Assembly: GCA_964420615.1 (NCBI GenBank)
Contig: CAYQUE010000001.1
Coordinates: forward strand, 3,386-67,385
DNA length: 64,000 nucleotides
Source: an uncultured Alteromonadaceae bacterium
GTDB taxonomy: Bacteria > Pseudomonadota > Gammaproteobacteria > Pseudomonadales > Halieaceae
Direction of reading: 5' to 3'
The notes under the pieces were generated by a model. That model did not search any database and was not told the origin of the DNA. It saw nothing but the letters and a program-made list of their open reading frames with translations. Positions 28,897 through 38,940 of this stretch are shown in pieces. The translations under genes and the position numbers were made by a program. The first letter of the stretch is position 1. Each line of letters opens with the position of its first letter.

Positions 28897-30354
28897 ATGA
28901 ACGCACCACAACAAGTCGTAGTCAGCCCCGATGTCGAACTGAAGATGCAAGAGGCGCTCAAGGCCCAGCGTGAGAGCTACCTTCAGGAAGGGTTTGTCTC
29001 AGCAGAAGTTCGCATCGATCGCCTCAATCGCGCCATCGATGTGTTGGTTCGCCACGCGGATCGCATCAACGAAGCCATCAATAAAGACTTCGTCTGCCGT
29101 CCACGGCAAGTCAATCTGATTACCGATGTTGCGGCGTCAATTGGGTCGATGAAGCATTGCCGCAAGCATCTAAAGAAGTGGATGAAGAACGACAAGCGCC
29201 CCTCCACATTCCCTCTGGGATTACTCGGCGGTCGCTCTCATATTCAGTATCAACCGAAAGGGGTCGTGGGGATCGTCGCCCCTTGGAACTTCCCCGTATC
29301 AATGGTATTTCAGCCGCTAGCCGGGATCCTTTCCGCTGGCAACCGCGCCATGATTAAGCCTTCGGAGTTCACCCCTGAAACCTCGCGCGTCATTGAAGAA
29401 ATCGTTGCCGAGGCTTTTGATCCAACTGAAGTGACTTGTTTTTCCGGAGGCCCGGAGGTGGGTCAGGCATTCTCATCACTGCCGTTTGACCACATGATTT
29501 TCACCGGCGCGACCAACATCGCGCGGCATATCCTCACCGCCGCCGCGCGCAACTTGGTCCCGGTAACACTGGAACTGGGCGGCAAATCGCCCGTCGTCAT
29601 CTCACGTACCGCTAACTTAGAGCAGGCCGTGCAGCGCATCATGGTCGGCAAAACACTTAACGCCGGTCAAATATGTCTTGCGCCCGACTATTTGCTGGTG
29701 CCCGAAGAGCAACTCGAGCAAGTGATCGCTTTGGCGACCAAGGCCGTGAACGACATGTACAGCAGCCTCCGCGACAACGAGCAGTACACCTCGGTGATCA
29801 ACGAGCGCCATCACAAGCGGCTGAGTAGCTATCTAGCGGATGCAGAGCAGCGAGGATGTCGCATCATCCCGCTCAACCCGGCCAACGAGGAATTCAGCAC
29901 GGGCACAAACAAGATCCCACCGACACTGATCGTGTCGCCCGAGACGGATGCCCTCTGTATGGAGGAGGAGATTTTCGGCCCGCTGCTCCCGATTCGCACT
30001 TACAAAGACTTCAACGAGACGATCGACTACATCAACAGTCGGCCAAGGCCGCTGGCGGCGTATTACTTCGGTACCGATAAAGGCGAAGAAGAGACTTTCC
30101 TGCATCGCACTACCTCGGGTGGCGTTTGTATCAATGATGTGATCTTCCACATCATGCAGGAAGATATGCCCTTTGGCGGCGTAGGCCCGTCAGGCATGGG
30201 GTCTTACCACGGCATCGAGGGGTTCAAAACCTTCAGTCACGCCAAGTCGGTGTACAGTCAAACGCTGAAGTTTAACGTGGCCAAACTCGGAGGCATTCTG
30301 CCGCCCTACGGCAAGACCACCGAGAGCAATATCAAGGCGCAAATCAAAAGCTGA
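28897..30354 (+). CDS. calB: Coniferyl-aldehyde dehydrogenase-like ALDH
   Basis: QPKGVVGI.APWNFP, KPSEFTP, TLELGGKSP, NAGQICLAPDY, EEIFGP, PFGGVGPSGMGSYHG; TATAAT at 28847-28852. Confidence 0.85.
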   Translation: MNAPQQVVVSPDVELKMQEALKAQRESYLQEGFVSAEVRIDRLNRAIDVLVRHADRINEAINKDFVCRPRQVNLITDVAASIGSMKHCRKHLKKWMKNDKRPSTFPLGLLGGRSHIQYQPKGVVGIVAPWNFPVSMVFQPLAGILSAGNRAMIKPSEFTPETSRVIEEIVAEAFDPTEVTCFSGGPEVGQAFSSLPFDHMIFTGATNIARHILTAAARNLVPVTLELGGKSPVVISRTANLEQAVQRIMVGKTLNAGQICLAPDYLLVPEEQLEQVIALATKAVNDMYSSLRDNEQYTSVINERHHKRLSSYLADAEQRGCRIIPLNPANEEFSTGTNKIPPTLIVSPETDALCMEEEIFGPLLPIRTYKDFNETIDYINSRPRPLAAYYFGTDKGEEETFLHRTTSGGVCINDVIFHIMQEDMPFGGVGPSGMGSYHGIEGFKTFSHAKSVYSQTLKFNVAKLGGILPPYGKTTESNIKAQIKS

Positions 30355-30373
30355 TCGGTACCGACGGTGTTGC

Positions 30374-30405
30374 AACAAAAACCCCGCCGAAGCGGGGTTT
30401 TTGTT
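30374..30405. terminator. Bidirectional Rho-independent terminator
   Basis: AACAAAAACCCCGC-CGAA-GCGGGGTTTTTGTT, a perfect inverted repeat between convergent genes. Confidence 0.92.
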
Positions 30406-30413
30406 ATGCGCAT

Positions 30414-30839
30414 CTATTTAATGACGTAAGCCTGAACGATCAGCTCGCGGGTGAGTGGCGTGAACCTAATGACATCCAGATTCATTTGACCATTGGTGAT
30501 GTTTACGACGTTGCGCATGACCACCACGCCATCATCTAGCTCCCAAAATCCCTGAAATCGCCCTGAAGCATAACCCTCTGGCGTAAAACCGCGTCCCTGG
30601 CCATCCACTGTGCCGCCCATACGATCCGGGTTATACGTGAGATGATAGGTCACGTAGACCTTGCCGTAGCCATCCATATCGCCCTCGGCACTGATTGACG
30701 ACATTTCTTCACCCAGCACTACCGATGTCACGTTCATCGCGGTGTCAGGCTGTCGTTTCTCAAGGCCTAGGTCAGTGTGACCGTCCGCCAGCGTCAGCGA
30801 TGAGAAGCACCAGAGGGCAATAAAAATAATACGCTTCAT
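30414..30839 (-). CDS. Hypothetical secreted beta-rich protein
   Basis: Signal peptide (TLA-DGH), AGGGG RBS, ends at the terminator. Confidence 0.7.
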   Translation of the reverse strand: MKRIIFIALWCFSSLTLADGHTDLGLEKRQPDTAMNVTSVVLGEEMSSISAEGDMDGYGKVYVTYHLTYNPDRMGGTVDGQGRGFTPEGYASGRFQGFWELDDGVVVMRNVVNITNGQMNLDVIRFTPLTRELIVQAYVIK

Positions 30840-31051
30840 GAGTTTCCCCTTTTGTTTGTTTTAAATAAATTTGACTGCGAACGCTGCGGGCAAAACCATG
30901 CCCGCAGGGCCCTGCCCACCCACCTTACGCACCTGACATTAAAAAACCAGCGCCGACGAAGCTCGTGTCTCATGGACGACGCAGTCAAACTGTGCGCTGC
31001 AGATGCGGATGCGCAACTGACCCTCGGCGCGTTTTCCCGTAAGATCTTACA

Positions 31052-32356
31052 ATGGCTCAGCTCTCTTATTTTCATTACCGGGCGCTAATCCGGCGTGCAC
31101 GCGCCGCCGTTTGCCTCATGCTGGTATTGACTGCCTGCACGCCCGCTTGGCAAAGACCCGAGACAAACACCGCCGCGGATTTCACGGCTCGCAGTGTCAG
31201 CGTCTCCAAATCTGGCGCGAGGGTTACCGTTGCCGTTCCCGACGCCAGTGAGGCCGCGGTAATTTTCGGGACCGATCTTTACCGTTCGCGAGTGCAACCT
31301 GTATGGATTGAAGTCGAAAACGCGACAGATCAAGACCTGATATTGATGCGCACCGCAATCGATGATGAGTACATTTCACCGGCGGAAGCGGCTTATTTAC
31401 GGCATGCCGGGCCTCAAGACACACGGGAGCAGATGGACCGCTTTTTCAACGAAAGCGAGTTCAAGAATCCGATAAAGGCGGGTACTACGGTCAGTGGTTA
31501 TGTTTTTTCTAACCTGGACGAGGGCTTTAAAAACGTTAACGTCGATCTACTGGGTAATGACCAGCTGCTCAACTATACCGTGACGATCAAAATTCCAGGC
31601 CTTAACGCCGACTATGAGTATGTCGATCTCAACACGCTGTACCCGGAGTTCGAGGAGATCACAGATGAAGCGATGTTTCGCGAGCGCCTCGTCGAGATCC
31701 CGTGCTGCACAAACAATGAAGCAGGGAGCGCCAATGGCGACCCGCTTAACATTGTGCTTGTCGGCTCGAGCCAAGCAGTTTTTACCGCACTGATCAGACG
31801 CGGCTGGCAAGCCACGGAAATTAACTACTTCAGATCGAGTCTCAAAACTATCCGCTCACACATATTCGGTAGCCAATATAATTATTCGCCGATCAGCCCA
31901 CTCTATTTGTTCGGCAGATCTCAGGACATCGGGTTACAGAAGGCGCGTGGGTCCGTCACGCGCCGTAATCACATGCGGTTGTGGCGGGCCCCGTTTGATT
32001 ATCGGGGACAAGAGGTATTCATCGGCCAGATCAGTCGGGATATCGGGGTGAAGTTTCAGAAGCAAACGCTCACCACCCACGCGATCGACCCCTTCGTGGA
32101 TCATACGCGGGATAGCTTGATCGAAGATCTTGCCTATTCCCAGGGTTTGAGCGGAGTCGCGTTTATCGAGGGCTCACAAATCTCTACAGAGACAGAGACC
32201 TTTTACAATTTGACACCTGACCCCTACTTTTCTGACGGTTATCGAGCGGTGTTTTTCTTTACTGAAGAGACGACGCCGCTGACCGATATTGACCAGATAA
32301 GATGGCTCCCCGACTGGCATCCCTCGTTGCGACCACCGGAGCCAGACGTCGAGTGA
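31052..32356 (+). CDS. LssY C-terminal domain lipoprotein
   Basis: Lipobox LTAC, GDPLNIVLVG, YSPISPLYLFGRSQD, RNHMRLW, THAIDP.VD..RD; start uncertain. Confidence 0.78.
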   Translation: MAQLSYFHYRALIRRARAAVCLMLVLTACTPAWQRPETNTAADFTARSVSVSKSGARVTVAVPDASEAAVIFGTDLYRSRVQPVWIEVENATDQDLILMRTAIDDEYISPAEAAYLRHAGPQDTREQMDRFFNESEFKNPIKAGTTVSGYVFSNLDEGFKNVNVDLLGNDQLLNYTVTIKIPGLNADYEYVDLNTLYPEFEEITDEAMFRERLVEIPCCTNNEAGSANGDPLNIVLVGSSQAVFTALIRRGWQATEINYFRSSLKTIRSHIFGSQYNYSPISPLYLFGRSQDIGLQKARGSVTRRNHMRLWRAPFDYRGQEVFIGQISRDIGVKFQKQTLTTHAIDPFVDHTRDSLIEDLAYSQGLSGVAFIEGSQISTETETFYNLTPDPYFSDGYRAVFFFTEETTPLTDIDQIRWLPDWHPSLRPPEPDVE

Positions 32357-33489
32357 ATACATCTTTACCGAGAACCCAACACAGGTTGCGCGCGGCTATG
32401 TGGCGGCTCAGCGTTTTGATTGCGACATCCTTGCTCCTGGTCACCTGCGCCAGCCAGCCGGAGATCCCCTTCTCCTACACGCTCGAACCGCTGTCGTTTG
32501 AGCCCGGTAATACCTATAACGTGCGTGACGGTCGCGCGCGGTTCCGGGAAATCTTTTGCGCTGCTAATGCTGATCACGGAGAGGCGCTACCTGACTACAC
32601 TTCTTGCGAGCAAGCTTTGGTGAGATTTGAGGGCGAGCCGCCTCCCACGGGCAAGCCGGTGAATCTGGGCCAAAGCTCCACCCATTTACTCGGCAAGATG
32701 GTGCCGGGATTGGCCTATTCCTGCGTCAAAGCCTGGCTTCATCATGACAATTCTGCGCCGAATCATGTCGCGACTCTGGGCTATGACACGGGATTCATAC
32801 AGGTAGAGGGGATCGCGAGTTCTGAAAGCAATGCGGCACTGATCGCAGACTATGTCAAAAGCCTCGAGGCACCCTACGATGACAGGCCGCTGGTGCTTTT
32901 TGGCTACTCGAAGGGCGTGCCCGATATCTTTGCCTTTTTAGACGCTTACCCTGACCTCGCGCACCGCGTGACAGCGGTGGTTTCCTATGCGGGTGCCGTA
33001 TGGGGCTCTCCACTTGCCGACGAGGCTGATGAAAAGCAACTGCGGTGGCTCACAATGATCCCCGGCGCGGAGTGCGAAAAAAAGGACTCTAAAGCGTTAG
33101 AGTCACTCAGTCCCGCGAATCGCCAGGCGTGGTTTGCTGAGCATACGCTCCCCGACCATATCCGCTATTACTCGGTGGTGTCGTTTCCCGACCCCGACAA
33201 TATCTCAAGTGGTCTGCGTGGATCGCACAAAAAATTGGCTCGCCTGAAAGACGCCCGCAATGACAGTCAATTGGTGTTTTATGATCAGGTGATTCCAGGT
33301 TCTACGGTCTTGGGGTTTTTCAACGCTGACCATTGGGCAATGTCGGTACCCATCGCCCGCCAACATGAGGTCTCCCAGGCGATCTTTGCCAATCAAAATG
33401 ATTTCCCCCGAGAAATCGCCTTAGAGGCCATTCTGCGCTTTATCGAGGAGGACATCGCGCAAGGCGCGAGTCCGCCGCTACACCACTGA
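32353..33489 (+). CDS. Alpha/beta-hydrolase-fold lipoprotein
   Basis: Lipobox-like LVTC, nucleophile elbow GYSKG, GSPLAD, NDSQL, ADHW; GTGA overlap with the upstream gene. Confidence 0.72.
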   Translation: MNTSLPRTQHRLRAAMWRLSVLIATSLLLVTCASQPEIPFSYTLEPLSFEPGNTYNVRDGRARFREIFCAANADHGEALPDYTSCEQALVRFEGEPPPTGKPVNLGQSSTHLLGKMVPGLAYSCVKAWLHHDNSAPNHVATLGYDTGFIQVEGIASSESNAALIADYVKSLEAPYDDRPLVLFGYSKGVPDIFAFLDAYPDLAHRVTAVVSYAGAVWGSPLADEADEKQLRWLTMIPGAECEKKDSKALESLSPANRQAWFAEHTLPDHIRYYSVVSFPDPDNISSGLRGSHKKLARLKDARNDSQLVFYDQVIPGSTVLGFFNADHWAMSVPIARQHEVSQAIFANQNDFPREIALEAILRFIEEDIAQGASPPLHH

Positions 33490-33520
33490 ATGTGACCGTA
33501 CTGGCGGCCATAGCCGCCCT

Positions 33521-35752
33521 TTAGTGAGCCAGGCCAGCCACTATCTTCGGCGGGTTGAGCGGTAAATCGCGGAACCTGACACCAGTGGATTGATACACTG
33601 CCTCTGCGATAGCAGGCATCGGCGGCACAATCGGTACTTCACCGACACCCTTGACGCCAAAGGGATGCAATGGATTGGGAATCTCGACAATGACCGTATC
33701 AATAAACGGCAGGTCCGATGCCACAGGAATGCGGTAATCGAGGAAGCCTGGGTTCTCCAGCACACCCTCTGCGTTGTAGAGATATTCCTCGTTCAACGCC
33801 CAACCAATGCCTTGTACGGCACCGCCTTGCATTTGACCCTCGACATAATCGGGATGAATTGCTTTACCGGCATCCTGAATCGCGGTGTATCGCGTAATCG
33901 TGGTGCGTCCGGTCTCTTTATCGACCTCAGCGTCACAAATATGGACCGCAAAACCGGGCGCAGTGCTCGTCGCCGTCAACGAACTTGAGAAAGTCAGCGG
34001 CCCGCCCATGCTCCCCGCGCGCTCGGCAAGCGCTTCGAAGGTCAACGTGTGCTCACCATAGTGGGCGGCGCCCTGACTCCACGCGACCACGCCCGGCTCG
34101 ACTTCCCACTCGGAGCCAGCGCGTCTGCAGAGCTCCGCCACACAGGCCTCAGCCGCCTGAATGACCGCCTGCCCCGTGGCCAAGGTGGTACGACTGCCAC
34201 CAGTGAGGTCGGTATGACCCACTGAATCAGTAGCCACCACCTGAGGGTGGATGTGGTCAAAAGGAATACCGAGTACTTCGGCCGCCATCAGCGCCATGGA
34301 CGCGCGGGAGCCACCGATATCGGGGCTGCCCGTTAACACAGAAACATGCCCATCTGAACTCACATTGATCGTCGCACTGGATTGCATGCCAGCATTCACC
34401 CAGTACCCCATGGCCACACCGCGGCCCGCGCCCGAGGCCACCGCAGACTTGTAGTGCTCGTGGTTACGCGCCACCTCCAGACACTCGCGCAAACCGATCC
34501 GGTTGTAAGGCGCGCCCATCATGTTGGCGTCGCCCTCCTCAACCGCATTCATCATGCGAAACTCCAGCGGATCGATCCCCAGCTCGGCAGCCAATTCGGT
34601 GATTGCCAGCTCAACACCCAACGTGACCTGGGGAATGCTGGGGGCGCGATAAGCGTGGATTTTGGGTTTGTTGGTATACACCGAGCGCCCCGTCGAGCGG
34701 GCATTACTCAGCTTGTAACAAGCGGTCGCCATGAATGCGGGTATGCCGGCCGGGCTGCCACTGTAAGCACCCGAGTCCATCAGGCAATCAACTTCAGCCG
34801 CGACCAGCTTGCCCTCGCGGGTAGCACCCAGCTTGACGCGGGTTTGCGCACCGGGCGCGGGGCCCGTGGCCCGAAACACGTCACCGCGGTCCATCACCAT
34901 CTTAACTGGCCGACCCGCCTTCTGGGCCAGCACCACGGCGAGCGGCTCGAGATAAACCGTTGTTTTGCCGCCGAAGCCGCCGCCAATTTCAGAGGCCGTC
35001 ACTTTAATCTTGCCAAGATCGATGCCAGCGACGGCGGCCGTGAAATGCCGCACCGCAAAATGGCCCTGCGTGCAGCACCACAGATCGACTTGTCCAGCCG
35101 CGTCGACTCGCGCCACGCAGGCATGAGGCTCGATATATCCCTGGTGGCACATCGGCACCGAATACGTTTGCTCGAACACGACGTCAGCCGATTCAAATGC
35201 CGCATCCGGATCACCCACCGTGAGACTGATGTGCTCCGCCAGATTGGTTGGCTCCTCGGGATACCCGTCCGGGAAACGGTCGTCGTGCAAAATGGGGGCG
35301 TCAGGCGCCAGCGCCGCGTGCAGGTCTGTCACCGCGGGCAGCACCTCATACATCACCTCAATCGCCTTGGCCGCCTCGGCCGCCAGTGCGGGCGTTGTCG
35401 CCGCCACCGCCGCGACGGCCTGCGAGTGGAACAGCACCTTGCCCTGAGACATCACCATGGGCACCACGTCTTTGAGCGCCATGGCCCCCTCGCCACTACC
35501 GAGCATTTCATTTCCCGGCTTCACCAAGTCATCGCCGGTCATGACCGCCAGTACGCCTTTCATCGCCAGCGCCTTACTGCAATCAATGGATGTAATCACC
35601 GCATGGGCGTGGGGACTGCGGACCACGTGGCCGTATATCTGCCCTTGCATATTGAGGTCTGCACCATAGCGCGCGCGACCCGTAACCTTGTCGAACCCGT
35701 CGGGGCGGACCGGGCGCGAACCAATGATTTTGAATTCCTGATAGGCGTTCAT
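33521..35752 (-). CDS. Xanthine-dehydrogenase-family molybdopterin-binding subunit
   Basis: KVTGRARY, RSPHAHA, GYIEPH, IGGGFGGK, AYRAP, EGQMQGG..QGIG, GVKGVGE. Confidence 0.92.
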   Translation of the reverse strand: MNAYQEFKIIGSRPVRPDGFDKVTGRARYGADLNMQGQIYGHVVRSPHAHAVITSIDCSKALAMKGVLAVMTGDDLVKPGNEMLGSGEGAMALKDVVPMVMSQGKVLFHSQAVAAVAATTPALAAEAAKAIEVMYEVLPAVTDLHAALAPDAPILHDDRFPDGYPEEPTNLAEHISLTVGDPDAAFESADVVFEQTYSVPMCHQGYIEPHACVARVDAAGQVDLWCCTQGHFAVRHFTAAVAGIDLGKIKVTASEIGGGFGGKTTVYLEPLAVVLAQKAGRPVKMVMDRGDVFRATGPAPGAQTRVKLGATREGKLVAAEVDCLMDSGAYSGSPAGIPAFMATACYKLSNARSTGRSVYTNKPKIHAYRAPSIPQVTLGVELAITELAAELGIDPLEFRMMNAVEEGDANMMGAPYNRIGLRECLEVARNHEHYKSAVASGAGRGVAMGYWVNAGMQSSATINVSSDGHVSVLTGSPDIGGSRASMALMAAEVLGIPFDHIHPQVVATDSVGHTDLTGGSRTTLATGQAVIQAAEACVAELCRRAGSEWEVEPGVVAWSQGAAHYGEHTLTFEALAERAGSMGGPLTFSSSLTATSTAPGFAVHICDAEVDKETGRTTITRYTAIQDAGKAIHPDYVEGQMQGGAVQGIGWALNEEYLYNAEGVLENPGFLDYRIPVASDLPFIDTVIVEIPNPLHPFGVKGVGEVPIVPPMPAIAEAVYQSTGVRFRDLPLNPPKIVAGLAH

Positions 35753-36243
35753 GCGGCCTCCTCGCGCAGCGTTTTTGCGGCATCGAGTACCGCGCGAATA
35801 ATTTTGTCATAGCCAGTACAGCGACACAGATTCCCGGCGAGCCAGTAACGCGCCTGCTCCTCAGTCGGATCAGGGTTGTGCTCCAAGAGCGCTTTGGCCG
35901 CCACGACCACCCCCGGCGTACAGATGCCGCACTGCAATCCACCATGCTCAAGCAGCTTTTGCTGCACCGGATGCAGTTTGCCGCCCTCGGCGATACCCTC
36001 GATGGTTTGCACACATTGACCTTCAACCTCAGCCGCCAGCACCAAGCAGGAGCAGACCAGCCGATCATTCACCATTACCGAGCAGGCTCCGCAGTCACCG
36101 GTATTGCAACCGATCTTGGTACCGATCAATTCCAGCTCATCGCGCAGTACCTCAGCGAGCACCTGTCCGGGCGAACAGAGAAACACCGTGTCTTCACCGT
36201 TGATGGTCGCCTGCACGGCCATTTTATTGAGCGGCTTGTTCAT
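35749..36243 (-). CDS. (2Fe-2S)-binding small subunit
   Basis: GCNTGDCGAC, QCGICTPG, NLCRCTGY. Confidence 0.95.
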   Translation of the reverse strand: MNKPLNKMAVQATINGEDTVFLCSPGQVLAEVLRDELELIGTKIGCNTGDCGACSVMVNDRLVCSCLVLAAEVEGQCVQTIEGIAEGGKLHPVQQKLLEHGGLQCGICTPGVVVAAKALLEHNPDPTEEQARYWLAGNLCRCTGYDKIIRAVLDAAKTLREEAA

Positions 36244-37109
36244 GGGCGCGCCTCCTGAATACGTGCCTGCGCGTTAGCGATGGCACGCGATACCAACACA
36301 CCCACTACATGAGTGCGGTACTCAGCAGTGCCGCGTTTGTCTGAAATGGGCTTTGCCGCTACCCGCACGGCAGCGACAGCCGCATCGCGCGCGCTCTGCT
36401 CCAGCTTCGAGCCCACCAGCGCCTCGCCCGCCGCCGCCACCAGTAAGGCAGTCGGTGCCACGGCTCCGATGGCGACTCTGGCCGCGGTACATTCGCCGGA
36501 GTCATCAACAGTGATCGAGACCCCGGCGCCAGCGACCGCAATATCCATCTCGGTCCTTGGCGTTAATCGAAGGTAGGCATCTGACGTGCCCGCAGCTGGG
36601 CGCGGCAATATGAGTTCAACCAGTAACTCACCTGGCGCCAGCGCATTCTGGTTTGGTCCCACTACAAAATCCTCGACCGCAAGCGTGCGCTCGCCATCAG
36701 ACCCAAGAATGCGGCACTGCGCGCCATTGGCAATCAGTGCCGGAATGCTGTCTGCGGCAGGGGATGCGTTACAGAGATTACCGCCCGCCGAGCAACGTCC
36801 GGTTATCTGAGTCGAACCAATCAAATTCAGGGCCTCGGCGAGACCGGGAAACAGTGATGGCACATCGGAGTTGTGCAGCACATCGAAAGCCGATGCTGCC
36901 GCGCCGATCCGAACCTTGGCGGCGTCAATTTCAATCGCCGTCAACTCAGGGATCTGCTTGAGATTCACTACGCGAGAAGGGTTGCGCGCACCGAGACGAA
37001 TACCCACTAACAAGTCCGTTCCGCCGGCAAGGCAGCTGGACCCCGCGCCTGCAATTGCCGCTTGCGCCTCCGCGAGAGAGGTGGGCGAGACGTATTCCTG
37101 TACTGCCAT
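36240..37109 (-). CDS. FAD-binding medium subunit (CoxM/XdhB-like)
   Basis: LAGGTDL, GGNLCNASPAAD, PISDKRGT.EYR; AGGA RBS before ATG 37109. Confidence 0.92.
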   Translation of the reverse strand: MAVQEYVSPTSLAEAQAAIAGAGSSCLAGGTDLLVGIRLGARNPSRVVNLKQIPELTAIEIDAAKVRIGAAASAFDVLHNSDVPSLFPGLAEALNLIGSTQITGRCSAGGNLCNASPAADSIPALIANGAQCRILGSDGERTLAVEDFVVGPNQNALAPGELLVELILPRPAAGTSDAYLRLTPRTEMDIAVAGAGVSITVDDSGECTAARVAIGAVAPTALLVAAAGEALVGSKLEQSARDAAVAAVRVAAKPISDKRGTAEYRTHVVGVLVSRAIANAQARIQEARP

Positions 37110-37228
37110 AACGATTCCTCTAGGCGGGCGACGCCCCGCGTTGTCATTCATGTGCAGGCCAGACCTTAACTGGAATTGCCACCCTCTGACCAGCCTTCAG
37201 GCAATGCCGTGGGGGCACTCTCGGAGTG

Positions 37229-38161
37229 CTAGGTTTTTCGTGCCCAGAATATCACGGCATAAAACAGTGCCATCGACACGGGCAAATCGAGAAAGGTCGT
37301 CCAGGTCAGCCAAAAATCCTCTGAAAATTGATTGGCGACATAATAATTGGCACCCGCCATCGCCAACCCCATCCCGCTCATACCAATTGCAATACGGTCA
37401 TGATGCAGCCTCAGCGGCATATAGCGCTCAATGCGCGCACCAAAGTACGCGCCCTGGCGAAACACGCCGTCAATCATAAAGACACTTGCGGTCAGGATAC
37501 CCAACACCGTGCTTTTCATCTGGACCCAGTAGTCATCCTGCAGGAGCAGTGAAAACCCCGCCGAGATCAGCAGCATGATCGTGCCAAAAACCGCGAATCC
37601 ACCCAGCAAATCGACGCGCACAAAACGCTGCACAGCGACCAAAGCCAGCCCCGCGCCGGCGCCTACCAGCGCCGCCAGCGCGAGGTCACCGGTGGCTTTA
37701 CCCACGACAAAAAACAGCGCGCCGAGGACCAAGTCCGCGTAAATGGAGTATTTGTTGCGCTGCCACTTACTCTGACTTAGGGCCGCCATGTCCGCAGCGC
37801 GATTCGGCGCTGTGTCCGGCGCGGGCGCCTCACGAGACGTGATTTCAGACATCAGTGATTCCCCAAAACGCACGTCTCGCCCCGGATGGCTTTCGTAGAC
37901 CTTCTGCTGCCCCTCAAGGACCGCGATACCCACGCTCCACCAGTTGAAGTAACCCACCTCGACCCGAGTGGCATCCGCCGCGTCGCCAGCTAACGTGTGA
38001 ACAAACGTCGTCGTGCCGTCCATGTAGCCAAAGGACTGTTCGTCAAGACATTCGTCTCCGCAAAATAGCCGCGATACCATTTTCGTGAACGTCAGAGAAA
38101 TCTCGACGACATAATCGCGATCGCGGTAAGAAAAAGGTCTTAGATAAGTCCACAAACGCAT
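37229..38161 (-). CDS. IspZ/YciB-like membrane domain protein with a soluble N-terminal extension
   Basis: C-terminal TM bundle with VQMKST and ANYYVA..FSEDFW motifs; about 140-aa soluble N-domain. Confidence 0.65.
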   Translation of the reverse strand: MRLWTYLRPFSYRDRDYVVEISLTFTKMVSRLFCGDECLDEQSFGYMDGTTTFVHTLAGDAADATRVEVGYFNWWSVGIAVLEGQQKVYESHPGRDVRFGESLMSEITSREAPAPDTAPNRAADMAALSQSKWQRNKYSIYADLVLGALFFVVGKATGDLALAALVGAGAGLALVAVQRFVRVDLLGGFAVFGTIMLLISAGFSLLLQDDYWVQMKSTVLGILTASVFMIDGVFRQGAYFGARIERYMPLRLHHDRIAIGMSGMGLAMAGANYYVANQFSEDFWLTWTTFLDLPVSMALFYAVIFWARKT

Positions 38162-38279
38162 GAAAATGCCTTATTGGAATATTCGTTGCCGCGGTGCACT
38201 GCTGGACAAGCATTCAGTGCTTAGGGGTATAGTACCCACTGTGCGGAGCAGTATAGATTTTTTGAGGACCTAGACAAGA

Positions 38280-38924
38280 ATGAGCGCGCGTTCTTCATTC
38301 ATCGAGATTCGAAGCTTGATGCTGGTAACTCTACTCGGGCTCTCATCAGGTTGTGCAACCATGTCCGATGACGAGTGTCTGATAGCCAATTGGGAAGAAG
38401 TCGGGTATCACGACGCGATTGAAGGCTACCCCCCAGAGCGCGCGGCGGAGCACCAAGAAGCATGCGCAGATGTTTCAGTGCCGGTCGACTTCGAACTTTA
38501 CCGGCACGGACATAGTCTGGGTCTCCCCTACTACTGCACCGAAACGACTGGCTTTGAGACCGCCGATCACGGCGGCGAATACGCTACCCAGTGCGAGCCC
38601 GATAAGTTTGGCTCCTATGCTACCGGGTATCGCTCCGGCAGAGAGGTATATGCGCTTAAACTAGAAATCAGACAACTGGATTCTTTGATCAACGAAAGAA
38701 ACGATCAAACAGATGCATTGATGAGTCAGATCGGGCAGTTGCGGACCGAGGCGGATGACTCTGCGTTATCGAAAAGTGACAGGCGCGAGGCGCGAGAGCA
38801 GGCGTCGAAACTTGAAGACATCTACCGCACGCTCAATCAGGACATCGACGCCCTGTCTGCGTCACGCGATCAACTCAGTGACGAAATGCAGTTGTTGGTA
38901 AGCACTTTCTACTCGTCAATATGA
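38280..38924 (+). CDS. DUF2799-like lipoprotein
   Basis: Lipobox SSGC, MSDDEC..ANW..VGY.D, HQEAC, GL.YYC, C-terminal coiled coil. Confidence 0.8.
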   Translation: MSARSSFIEIRSLMLVTLLGLSSGCATMSDDECLIANWEEVGYHDAIEGYPPERAAEHQEACADVSVPVDFELYRHGHSLGLPYYCTETTGFETADHGGEYATQCEPDKFGSYATGYRSGREVYALKLEIRQLDSLINERNDQTDALMSQIGQLRTEADDSALSKSDRREAREQASKLEDIYRTLNQDIDALSASRDQLSDEMQLLVSTFYSSI

Positions 38925-38940
38925 CCTTGCGGGCTTAAAC

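Noticed and set aside
34382-35812. 476-aa plus-strand ORF
   Set aside because: Antisense shadow of the molybdoenzyme large subunit; no motifs, expected in GC-rich coding DNA.
33521-37109. Aerobic CO dehydrogenase (coxMSL)
   Set aside because: Active-site loop is AYRAPS, not AYxCSFR or AYxGAGR, and no cox accessory genes are present.
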